DNA of 52,485 nucleotides, the filler included, from Mitosporidium daphniae (lineage: Eukaryota): NCBI RefSeq assembly GCF_000760515.2. It is 2 parts of 2 records of this genome, joined end to end, with 100 filler letters (N's around TTAATTAATTAA, not from the genome) between each part and the next. Parts side by side here need not be neighbours in the genome. Positions count along the whole stretch, not along the records: positions 1 to 26,249 come from NW_013546152.1; 1 more part is not named here. The stretch is one strand, 5' to 3'. The notes under the pieces are model-generated. The model saw only the letters and a list, made by a program, of their open reading frames with translations. It did not search any database and was not told the DNA's origin. The position numbers were made by a program, and so were the translations under genes. Shown one piece after another: positions 11,637-21,900 of this stretch; the stretch's first letter is position 1; every line of letters begins with the position of its first letter.

Positions 11637-14600
11637 TTAGTCAATATGGAAACGCCGTTTTTCAAGTCGGTACGGCGTTGAGATGGAGTTTCGCCGCGGT
11701 TTGATGTTTGGATGGGGAATCGGCATTTTTTCTTTTTCTTTTTCTTTATCTTCATCTTCATCTTTAGCATTCCCATTTCTGCGAGATCTACGGCGGAAGC
11801 AGCAGAAAAGGCGCCGAACTATCCAAAGCGCCAGTTTGTATATGCGGCGCCATCGATGCAAGTAGATAAAGATGTAAATGATAAGTACGGCGATCACCAC
11901 CAAAAGGACGATGATGACAAAAATCAGGAAATTGTGGTTACCCTGGACATCATGAGGGTCGTCACCCTTAAACCTGATGCCCATGGAAGATTCTGAGGAG
12001 AAATTTTTTACCCAGTTCAAAATGCGGATGATGCTTGCAGTGGTACCGGACTTTGGGAACCCTTCTGGCGGCTTGACACACTTGCGCTCACGCACCATGA
12101 TTTGGGCCGTGGGTTCGAGACCTAGAAATTCCCTGGTTCCGTTCGCTTCAACATTCAGTGTAGTTTCATTTTCGCCGCTTTTTTTTCGGGCCGCGAAACA
12201 GTCAAGTATGGGTATCGGGTCGCACTTGGGCAAAGGGCAGAGAGCCGTCAAATTGTGATCAGCCCCAGAATTTTTCTCCTTTAAGTCACACGCTGGCCCT
12301 TCAAACCCAGGCATACATATGCACTCAAATGCGTGAATACTGTAGCTCTTTTGCAGCATCCGTCCATTTTTGCAGTTGGCGATATCACATCTCGGTCTCG
12401 ATAGGTCGGATGAAATCCAGCCGTCATAGCAATAGGCACAAAAAAGCGTTCTGGGATCTGTCTGCCCGTGTTGACAAACAGAGGAATCGCAGAAACGCCC
12501 CTGGCCAATGCGGCACGAGCCACTTAAGCAAGAACCATCGAGCGAATTTTCATCCAGGATCCCATGTATGCATCGTGCGATGCGCGTACATTTGGGTCCA
12601 TATCGCCCCAAGGGACATTGCAAGCACTTTTGTGTGAGTGGATCCATCTCTGTAACAGGATTGCATCCAGGAGTCGAGCAATCTGGCCCAGACCAATCTC
12701 CCAAGCAGGCAAGACAGAGCGGTTCTTCCTTGGATGAGAATTCTCTCCAAAGCCATTGGGAAGGTTTTGAAGATCCCCCCTCAATAAGTGCCTTCGGGTT
12801 AAAAATTCCATTCTTGCAAGCCATTTCTTCACAGGTTAGACTTTTCAACCAGCCATCGTGACAGCGGTAACAACCGCCATTCTCCAAATCTGGAGAGCCG
12901 TGTATGCATAAGGGTAAATTGCAGAGATCGCCAGTCCAGCCTGGCGGGCATTGACCGCAAGTATGACTGGCAATGATTGTGGCATAGCCTGGACGCCATG
13001 GCGGCTTCAGTTGAACTTCCACCCCGAAAGTGTCCGTTATCTGAGTGGTATTTGAAGCAGGGCACCATTTGCGTGGCTTGTCGCAGGCCTGGCCACCCCA
13101 AAAAGAAGGATTGCAAGAACCCTCCTTGCAATATCCATGTTCAAGGTCGGGAATCCCATGCACGCAAATTGGAATGTCGCAATAGTTGCCAAGTCCGGTG
13201 TTCGGCACTGGCAATGTCTGCCAGCCAGGCAGGCAGCCATGTGAGCAGCCATCCTGGATCCCCAGGGCGGGGATAATGCATCGTGTTTCATTACAAAACC
13301 GCCCAAAGTAGTACGGTGGGTTGCAGCGGGGCCTATTCAGGGCCTGATCGACCTTGCATAATCCTTGTTCACTCTCCAAATCGAGATCACCATGTATGCA
13401 ATTCGATTTCCATTGGCAGAGGTGGCCATGGTGCCCTGGGCTACATCGCCGACACCTGCTACTATCAGGATCCCACTCTAAGCACCAAGTTCGTTGACAT
13501 CCCGTCCCATAAAAACCAGGAGGACAGGCCATTTCCTCAGGTACCTGGACCCCCATCCTACGGAACGAATCTACAACTGATTTTTCGGAAGACTTCATTA
13601 ATGGACCCTCTATCGTCTCTTTGCAGAAGGGCAGCTCTGGATTTCCATGAACGACCTCGAGTATGCCCTTACGAATATCATCCGGTTCTTGCGTAACCCT
13701 GGATTTCCAACAAAAGCTACACTGCCCAAAGTCATTCTCGCTGGGAACAAGTAGCGCATCGGAAAAATTCGGGTTCAGATCTAATAGCTCTTTTCGTTGA
13801 AGGATTCGTCTGATGATAGCTAGATGGTTCTGCTGAACTTTTCTCTTAACACCCTCAGGTTCGACTACTGACTCTGTTACCATGAAAAGATCTTTAGCAC
13901 CGGAGATACGTTGTACCCGTATGCCGCCTGGCAAGCATCGCAACGGAGAAAAGCTTGTTGGTAAGATGATCTCTGATCTAGGCAAAGTTTCCTCGAGAGA
14001 TTTTTTCCAATGATTGTAATTATCGATGGGGAAGATCCGTCTCTGTGCTTCTGGAATCGCTTCAAAAAGTACTTTAGTGAGATGGTATTCCGTGAGTTTG
14101 AAGACGAAGCGGTCTGTTTTTTGATCCCGCTGCGAAAAAACGAGCACACGAAGCAGATGCATGAACCCTACAGGCAGGATATCCTCTGCTCGCCGTTCTA
14201 AACTTGCCATTCGATGCTGCAATAGGGCAGAGGAGGCGCTGTGGGCTTCACCAGCTTCGAGTTTAAGAGCTTCAAGAAAGGACTCTAAGAGGCTGCGCCC
14301 ATCGCTTGCTACCTTTCTCCAGGAAAGCCAGGAGGTACTAGATGCCTCAATGAGCGGTTTTAGCTTTTCACCCTCAAGAACCACATCCATTGAGAGAAAC
14401 CGGATACGGCTGACAAGTGCTTGCAGGAGACTATCTACATTCTGTATTAGGTCAAGGGCGTTCGCTGAAAGTGTTGCTGATTCACCTATTGCTAGTAGCG
14501 CCTGAACAAGCTCATCACGATTTTCTGGAAAATACCGCGGGATAAGGTTCCCAGAGGAACTCATATCGGACACCTTCTTCAATATGTGGGCACACGTCCA

Positions 14601-17600
14601 TTTTTCGCAGTAAGGCCCCTTAAATCCAGGCCTACATTGACACCCGACACCCGGCTCTGGGTCAAGGACACCATTTCCTTGACTTTGGGCAAGTGCCAGT
14701 TGCGCTAAGGTCAAAGGGACACCTCCACGTGTGGAGCACAATGAAAAATCACATCCAGGCGCTCTAGCCATTGCTGGATGGAGACATTGACTGTCTTCCT
14801 TGGATACTTTTGCTTCAATCGATAGCCACCCTTTAACAAGGGCATTTGGAGATATGGGCGCCGCTAATCTTTCCTTCCTGCCTGTAGAATGGTAAACAAT
14901 GTTATTCCCGCCAGAGTCTGGAAAAAGGCTAGCTGTGCCTGCACGTAGATCCATAAGCAATGCTTCAATCCAGTGTGCTGTTTCCAGCACCTGTGAGGGT
15001 ATTTTATCCGGATCTGGGAGACTCGACTGAAATAGGACCTGGTTTGGCTGCACAATTAATGGCTGGTCGCAATATGGTCCCGTCCATCCGGCTATGCACG
15101 TTTCCTCGTAGCAATAGAGAAGCGGATGCATCATATTTGGCAATCCATGCTCGCAGGCCAAGTCCCAGCAGTACGGGCCCCTCCAACCGGCCTTGCAAAT
15201 ACCAAGCTCACGATTTTGGAAGTTTTTTTTAAGCGAATGAAGAGGAGATGCCTCATCTGTTTCCGAAGAGGAAGAGGCTTCAAGTTGGCAGAAAGGACCA
15301 TAAGCATCCTCGCGCCTGCAAGGCGTTCCTTCCAAGCAAGCCCCGGAGCCTGAATCTAGATCTGGAATGCCCCACTCGCAGCGTGAAACCCATTGGCAAA
15401 GCAAACCAAATCTTTTCAACGTGGTGCATTTGGCGCATTTGATATAAAGAATATCCCAATGCTCGCAAAAACTCTCATTGCAAAGTGGCCCCCAAAAGCC
15501 CGGGAAGCACGGCCCACAAAGCTTAAGATGGGGGTCCCAAAGCCCATGATAACACGGCAAGTCATCTGCATCCAACTCACAGTATGGATTGAAAACCTGG
15601 TTTTTGTTGTCTAAAAGGGGCTCCCCCAAATTTTTTTGGTGACTTTGTGTTTCCGGTTGATGATAGCATGCTGAGCAGCGCCCATCCTGTGGGGCGCGAA
15701 TGATAAAATTGTCCGTACTACCACTGAGCAGCCTCCACATTTTCAACAAGTTTTTGTTCAAGTAATCACTCTCATATGAGCACCCATTTGAGCTCTCAAC
15801 CGCAACAAGTTTGGGTGGGAAGGGAAGTAATGCACCATTTTCGCTGAAATGGTCTATGCGCATCCCATCCGATCTGCAGATAAATCCGAATTGGCAGAGA
15901 GGAACATCGCATGCAGCGCCCTTCCAGCCTTGTTTGCACTGGAGGCAGTATCCGGTGGCTGTATCTAACATCCCATTAGCACAAATCGGTTCAGAACATT
16001 CGGAACCTCGCCAACCATATTTGCAGATGCACTTTCCGGTGAAGCGGTCTATCTCCGCCGTATGTTGCTTCTCGCAATGTGGAGATATAAGTGTGCAGAA
16101 GGTACCCCAGTACGGAAAAAGGCAATCGGAAGATCCTGGATTCGCGCCATCAACATAGGCCTGCATATTGCACCAAGACCCAAAGAAGCCCTTGCGGCAT
16201 GCTTTGCACCCATCTTTCGTGGTCGCTCCTATGCTATTGATGGAGCAAGAGGCTGCAAGCGAAGAACCGCACCATTTTCCAAGCTCTTCAAGTGTCATCA
16301 GAGGAAGTGCATCAGCATTACAACCATCAGTGCATGCGCTGACATCTTTGTTGAATAGTGTTTTGATGCCTGACCACCATGAGCTAGAGCTAGTCAAATG
16401 ATCATCCTCATCATGGGCACTAAGAAGGGGACTGTCCTTTTTTTCCGGTGTAACGCACATAGGTATTTCGCAAAAGTTGCCCAAGAAGCCTGGAGGGCAT
16501 CTGCCCTTACACCCAATCTCTGAGGTATCAGCTGAAACAGGGCAACGAGATCTCTGGCAGATGGGACCGGTCCAGCCGCGCTTACAAGCCTGCGCCCATA
16601 TTTGGCCCTCCGAAACTATAGACATCGATTGATCATCGTCATCAAGCTCTCCAACATCCATGAAGAGCCCATTGCTTTCAAAACAGTCTTTCCCAAAAAA
16701 TAGCGGATCTCGCCAGCAAGGATCAATGCATATGCCGTCTTTAGAGGCGGTATCGGTTTCTCCAGCCTGTTCATTGCATGATGTTGGTCTCGCTCTTTTA
16801 TATTGGAGTTCTTCGCCAGTTGCCTCAATTTGAACAGAACAGTGCTCGCCTGTACGTCCCGGCATGCAAAGTGTCCCATAGCAGGCAGCACTCAGATATG
16901 CATCCTTACCTCCATTCAGGGGTTCTGTGATCGGGATGATTGTGTCATCTTTTCCTAAGAGCACCGGCTGGATACAACCAGTCTCCTGGCAAAGATTTCC
17001 TCCAAAGATTTCGTGGTAGCAAATGCATCCATCATTTGTTGGAGAGGGTACACCATGTTGACAGGTGCTTTGCAAACAGTAGGGTCCTCCCCATCCAGGC
17101 TCGCATTGAGCGCACCACCTGGGGTCAATATCACCTCCCTGTTGTTCCCACATCATCGGCCACTGCATACACGTGGATCTCTCACATTTTGAGCCCATCC
17201 ATCCAGGATCACACTTGCAACCATGGCCATTTGGCAAGATCTTGCCATGTCCCCCGCAAATGAATTCGCTACCTTCGCAGTATGGCAGTGAATATTGCCT
17301 GGAATCACACGAAATGCATGTTCCATCTTCCCAATTAACGACGCCGTTCTGACACCGAGGCTTATCGCAATAAAACCCTTCAAATCCTGGCTTCAAGCAT
17401 GGCTGAATGCAGGGCAGTTCCGGCCATTTTTCGTAGTTCGGATTTCCATGCACACAGTGGAGCTTGCAGTCCTTTGTGCAGCCGCTTCCAGGTTTTCCGT
17501 TCATTTCAGAACCCAAATCGCATTGTTCACTGGTGCCCTCCATGAAGAAATAGTAATGTCCTGGGTGGGTGTGGCCCCAGTTACAGAAGATCGGAACCGT

Positions 17601-18452
17601 CATAAACGGATCCTCGTAACCACAGATGAGAGCATGGGGCATCAGACTTGTATAGCGACGACCATATCCGTGTGAAAGCCCTGCATGTGGTGCTGTTAGC
17701 TCTACAATACCGTTTCCGCAGTAGTGCAAAAAAACATTCCGAGTCTCCATGCCTGAATTACAGGCACTTGCAACCAAAGGTCCCCAGCGGCACTCCCGCC
17801 AACAGCCTACCTTTTCGCCATATGGACAATCATAGTTCATTGGAGGTGTGAGCATTGGAGCATATGGGCCCCCCATGGCACTGCGAGCGCCATCGCCAAG
17901 TTGCTCAAGTGCCTTGAATTCACAAGATTCTCCGGTGTTAATTACCCCGTCTCCACATACTGCTGGGCGTAACTCGTCTGAAAATACTGAGCGTAAATAG
18001 TGTAACACAGGCATTGGTGTGCCAGCAGGCGCACACTTGGCTTTTTCCAGCAACCCGATAGCGTATTGTTTCCCGGATCGAGGAAGCGAGTGCAAATGGT
18101 AGAATAAATCCAGATTCCATCCATCATAAATATTGCCATCTCCGCCTGCAGATGCAAACGACTTATCTGGGTCATATCTATTATCGGGCCTGATGATATT
18201 CTGCATATAAAGCCCATAGTCAATGGGTAAGTAAAACTCCGAATAAATTCGCCTATGAAATAAGGTTTGCGGAGAAGGAAATGCATTTAGCCTTGCTCCT
18301 GAGTAAGAGTCTATGGATCTCCAATTGAGAGGTTTATATCTTTTTTCCCTTGCCAACTCATGGAAGCATATTTGATTTGAAGAAATGATATGGTCCTTGT
18401 TGAAAAGAACGCAAACGAAAAGAAAAAAAAAGCAGATTCCCTTATGGGACAT
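11637..18452 (-). CDS. Giant (~2271 aa) Cys-rich, EGF/laminin-EGF-like repeat type-I membrane protein
   Basis: Single ORF. ATG 18452 begins a signal-like MSHKGICFFFLFVCVLF, followed by many CxxGW/FxGxxC repeats, CGDG/CGNG Cys-rich motifs, a C-terminal hydrophobic helix FLIFVIIVLLVVIAVLIIYIFIYL and a basic tail. Confidence 0.85.
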   Translation of the reverse strand: MSHKGICFFFLFVCVLFNKDHIISSNQICFHELAREKRYKPLNWRSIDSYSGARLNAFPSPQTLFHRRIYSEFYLPIDYGLYMQNIIRPDNRYDPDKSFASAGGDGNIYDGWNLDLFYHLHSLPRSGKQYAIGLLEKAKCAPAGTPMPVLHYLRSVFSDELRPAVCGDGVINTGESCEFKALEQLGDGARSAMGGPYAPMLTPPMNYDCPYGEKVGCWRECRWGPLVASACNSGMETRNVFLHYCGNGIVELTAPHAGLSHGYGRRYTSLMPHALICGYEDPFMTVPIFCNWGHTHPGHYYFFMEGTSEQCDLGSEMNGKPGSGCTKDCKLHCVHGNPNYEKWPELPCIQPCLKPGFEGFYCDKPRCQNGVVNWEDGTCISCDSRQYSLPYCEGSEFICGGHGKILPNGHGCKCDPGWMGSKCERSTCMQWPMMWEQQGGDIDPRWCAQCEPGWGGPYCLQSTCQHGVPSPTNDGCICYHEIFGGNLCQETGCIQPVLLGKDDTIIPITEPLNGGKDAYLSAACYGTLCMPGRTGEHCSVQIEATGEELQYKRARPTSCNEQAGETDTASKDGICIDPCWRDPLFFGKDCFESNGLFMDVGELDDDDQSMSIVSEGQIWAQACKRGWTGPICQRSRCPVSADTSEIGCKGRCPPGFLGNFCEIPMCVTPEKKDSPLLSAHDEDDHLTSSSSWWSGIKTLFNKDVSACTDGCNADALPLMTLEELGKWCGSSLAASCSINSIGATTKDGCKACRKGFFGSWCNMQAYVDGANPGSSDCLFPYWGTFCTLISPHCEKQHTAEIDRFTGKCICKYGWRGSECSEPICANGMLDTATGYCLQCKQGWKGAACDVPLCQFGFICRSDGMRIDHFSENGALLPFPPKLVAVESSNGCSYESDYLNKNLLKMWRLLSGSTDNFIIRAPQDGRCSACYHQPETQSHQKNLGEPLLDNKNQVFNPYCELDADDLPCYHGLWDPHLKLCGPCFPGFWGPLCNESFCEHWDILYIKCAKCTTLKRFGLLCQWVSRCEWGIPDLDSGSGACLEGTPCRREDAYGPFCQLEASSSSETDEASPLHSLKKNFQNRELGICKAGWRGPYCWDLACEHGLPNMMHPLLYCYEETCIAGWTGPYCDQPLIVQPNQVLFQSSLPDPDKIPSQVLETAHWIEALLMDLRAGTASLFPDSGGNNIVYHSTGRKERLAAPISPNALVKGWLSIEAKVSKEDSQCLHPAMARAPGCDFSLCSTRGGVPLTLAQLALAQSQGNGVLDPEPGVGCQCRPGFKGPYCEKWTCAHILKKVSDMSSSGNLIPRYFPENRDELVQALLAIGESATLSANALDLIQNVDSLLQALVSRIRFLSMDVVLEGEKLKPLIEASSTSWLSWRKVASDGRSLLESFLEALKLEAGEAHSASSALLQHRMASLERRAEDILPVGFMHLLRVLVFSQRDQKTDRFVFKLTEYHLTKVLFEAIPEAQRRIFPIDNYNHWKKSLEETLPRSEIILPTSFSPLRCLPGGIRVQRISGAKDLFMVTESVVEPEGVKRKVQQNHLAIIRRILQRKELLDLNPNFSDALLVPSENDFGQCSFCWKSRVTQEPDDIRKGILEVVHGNPELPFCKETIEGPLMKSSEKSVVDSFRRMGVQVPEEMACPPGFYGTGCQRTWCLEWDPDSSRCRRCSPGHHGHLCQWKSNCIHGDLDLESEQGLCKVDQALNRPRCNPPYYFGRFCNETRCIIPALGIQDGCSHGCLPGWQTLPVPNTGLGNYCDIPICVHGIPDLEHGYCKEGSCNPSFWGGQACDKPRKWCPASNTTQITDTFGVEVQLKPPWRPGYATIIASHTCGQCPPGWTGDLCNLPLCIHGSPDLENGGCYRCHDGWLKSLTCEEMACKNGIFNPKALIEGGSSKPSQWLWREFSSKEEPLCLACLGDWSGPDCSTPGCNPVTEMDPLTQKCLQCPLGRYGPKCTRIARCIHGILDENSLDGSCLSGSCRIGQGRFCDSSVCQHGQTDPRTLFCAYCYDGWISSDLSRPRCDIANCKNGRMLQKSYSIHAFECICMPGFEGPACDLKEKNSGADHNLTALCPLPKCDPIPILDCFAARKKSGENETTLNVEANGTREFLGLEPTAQIMVRERKCVKPPEGFPKSGTTASIIRILNWVKNFSSESSMGIRFKGDDPHDVQGNHNFLIFVIIVLLVVIAVLIIYIFIYLHRWRRIYKLALWIVRRLFCCFRRRSRRNGNAKDEDEDKEKEKEKMPIPHPNIKPRRNSISTPYRLEKRRFHID

Positions 18453-18906
18453 ATGATAGAGGTGAATATGAGGAATCAAGTGCTAGGATTTGTCGCTGCA
18501 TAATGATAAGTACACCTGTTCGATTTCATCTGACAATCGGTCACATGGCAAAATGGCAAGGCGAATTGCAAATCGAATGGCTACGGTTTATCAAAACACC
18601 AACTGAGGATGTTTATACTGCAATTGCGCATGCCAACCCTAAAAGTAAATTCTACCAAATGTAGGGTTGGAATCCATATTTGGAGATCAAATCGATCTTG
18701 TGCAAAAATTAATCTTATCGCGAAATGGATGTTGTGGCGAAAATTGCGGCCATATAAACTTTTGTCTGCTTGGATTTACATAAATAACTGTGGACCTGCA
18801 TATCGAATACATGGGTGCATGGCAGGCATCGCGCTACATGGCCCAGCGTGATGTATGTGTTGTATTCAATTCGGATTTGAGTTCGAGCTTAAAGTTGAAT
18901 TTTCTA

Positions 18907-21900
18907 CTACCAGAAGGGACACCTAAAGTGAGAAAAACATACTTGCTTACCATCCGACATAACACTGGCACAGATTTTCAATATCTGTAGCCTGGTCGAT
19001 AAGCAAAGACACCTGGCTTTTGTAGTCCAAAGGCTTTTCTTGATGCTGGAAATCGGTTCCCGCCAGTTTTTCGGAAACTCTACTTATGGCCTTGAGCACC
19101 TTTATCGTGGCATGATCTTGAGGCATGCCATCTTCTTCAGCGACGGGCAAAAGGTCATCTATCCCTAACCAATATGCAATAAATACCTTTTGGCCTGTTA
19201 TTTACATCATGGTCAACAATAGAAGAGGGCAATTCAATGAAAAAGGAGGAAAAGGCCTTTTTCGATAACTCGGGTGGATATGTTGACATTTGATCAGATA
19301 TCGGTTCCGGAGTGCTTGATAGCCGCATGCTGATAAGGGGATCATAGATGAAGGCCTCCAGAACCGCCAATAGGCTCTCTTTGTTTGAGCGCAAAACGCG
19401 AAGAACGTGTTCGCAAATTATGCGAAACATTCCTCTGGTCTTTGACACCTCCATAGCATTTACAAGCATTCGAGTAAGCCGAAACGGGACCTGCTCTGGA
19501 AACTTTTCGCGATGAATGGACACCTACGGTAAATGATAAAAGCAGCCGATCCTAACCTCAAAGCAGTCTCCAAAATCGATATGTATGATGCGGCCGCTTT
19601 CGCGGTCGACCAGCAAATTTGACGGGTGACGGTCGCCTAGCCCAAGAACATATCCGACCATAGACATCAAGGCAAGGCTTTTCTGATACAAAGTACGCCT
19701 TTCAAGCCAATGTTCGGTGGACTTTGATTGCAGCCAAAAGATTTTAGACAGCTCATCTCCCGGAAATGTATTCAAAGCCGAAGTGAAGATCTCAATCTTG
19801 TGCAACATTGGGAGAGAATCATAATTTGACGAGTTCTACATCGAAAATGATAAATAGGCGCCGAAATACCTTGAGCATGTGCTGGTGCTCATCAATCAGG
19901 GGAATGTTGCGTTCCGAACGGTAACTCTTCAAAAGATCATGAATGGTATCGCAGCGCCTGACCCAACCGAGTAGTCCAGTGGTGGGCGAGATCGGAATCA
20001 CAGGATACTTTTGAATTTGAAGATGGCGTCTTTTGGTTTCTGCATCCTCCAACAAAATGCTATTGACAAGGCCAAAAAACTGCATCACCCTTTCATCTTG
20101 TCGAAGATCTCCGTTTCCTACAAAGTGTAATTGTACCACGTACCTTTCAACAGAAATTTGTAAACCAACCCGTCGGAGCCGATTATTTTCAATTTTTTTG
20201 GTCTTTGTTTTGATTGGATCAGATTGATGGTCGGTTGAAATGAAGCTATGCAAACCGCCGCTGTGGGGCCATAAGAATACGTGCCTAATCGCATTAGGGG
20301 CCAAAAATACCTGGAACGGCTAGCTGAAAATCTCGCTGCGAAAATATGGAAGGGCTCACAGAGGAAAGGTTTATATCATGAAAGAGAGCAAGAGTTTGGC
20401 TCAACTGCTCAAATACATTTGTATACAAATCCCAGGCCAGAACTAGATCTTCAGAATTTTTTGAATGCAAGTAAGTAAGAATATATTCTCTCGCCTTTTT
20501 CAGGACAGATCCGTATTGTTCGATAAAATTAGCCTCGTCCTTGGTTTTGGGTTCTTGCTGGATTACTTGGTGGAGATAATCCAGTATTCGTATGGAGCCA
20601 GAAATATCCTTCTGCGCGTGATACAGCCTGCTGGCTTCTTCGAGCCCATCAGACCACAGCTCAGACCATAAAACAGCAACACGAACCAATTCATTGCAAA
20701 TCAGGAGAGTCTATCAGCGGTAAATAAATTGGGGGAATCAAACCTGATCCACCAAAACAGGGGAGGACAATCTGATTTTGTTAAGCAATCCTATGGCAAT
20801 GGACTTTCTTTGTGAATTGGTCGATTTAGATGCAACGGCAAGGCTGTACAGCAACGATTGCGGATGTGAATTATTGATTTCCAACAGCAGCTGATGTACA
20901 ATTCGCCTGATCGAAATATTACTTATTTGGATACGAGCAATGAGCTAAGATGAAAAATGCAAAGTGGACATACTTGAGGTATGACTTGAAGCCATGCATC
21001 GATTGGCAGTATCGAGCATCCATTCAAAAAGGATTTTTGTATAGAGGGGTGCGAGCCATATTTAAATAGCAGTGTCAAGATGCGTAGCAAATCTTGGATC
21101 GACGATTCGTGCTTGTTAAGCGAAATGGACTTTATTAGCCCGGAAATGGCTGAAATGATGATGTTGATCAATGAGGAGCTTGTCTCACCATCACTGGATT
21201 TGGAGTCCTTAAAAAGGGAGTGGGGCGATGCGGGAAAATTTGAGCGAGCCAGTTTTGAGGCCGCTTTTGTCGAATCGTGTTGGCTAATTAGCTCGATGTT
21301 TGACAAAGCCCAGGAATACCATGACTTGTACGAATTGCTATCAAGCTGGATTGAAAATTTTTGAAGAGTGATGATGTCAGATGAAAAGGTACTTTCTTTC
21401 GAAAATAGATTCCGTTCCATATATAAGCCGGTGGTGCCTGCGGACTCAATAGAGCTGCTTCCCATTGCCTTTTTCCATTTAGAATACAACACTAGCAATT
21501 TAGATAAAAAGGCGTGAAGGTTGTTGGACACCGAAACATCGCTGTCTTTGGTGGAAAGAGTTTCCTTCGTAGATAGCTGCTGCAAATTCGACGTGATCGC
21601 CTCAACGCTGTTTTTGTCCGCCAAATTCCGGGATGCCAACATACCGCCATTCAATGGCTCAATTAGCTTCAAAATGTGGCTGCACACCAAAAACCCATTG
21701 CCACTAATGCCGTTGCAATCGCAATCTGGGCACAATGTTGCTATCACAAAAGAAATCAACTTGGACAAAACGGTGATGGACAGCTCATGCTTTTGGAGGT
21801 CGTTGAGGATCTTTGAGAGATTCAAAATCAAATGAAATAACTCGAAATTATTGTAAAATTCGACGAAAAGGCTCGAAATCGAAGATGAGCTAAATGCAGG

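Noticed and set aside
13731..14585. Insert in the EGF protein as an intein or mobile element
   Set aside because: There are no intein splice-junction residues (N-terminal C/S, C-terminal HN), no endonuclease motif and no terminal repeats.
11637..18452. Lack of introns in the giant gene as evidence of horizontal transfer
   Set aside because: TOR (5.3 kb), midasin (3.8 kb) and eIF3c (2.7 kb) also have long intron-free stretches.
18633..18670. AACCCTAA as a telomerase RNA template or interstitial telomere
   Set aside because: It is barely more than one repeat, is paired with its own complement, and recurs in other promoters. A factor-binding site is the simpler explanation.
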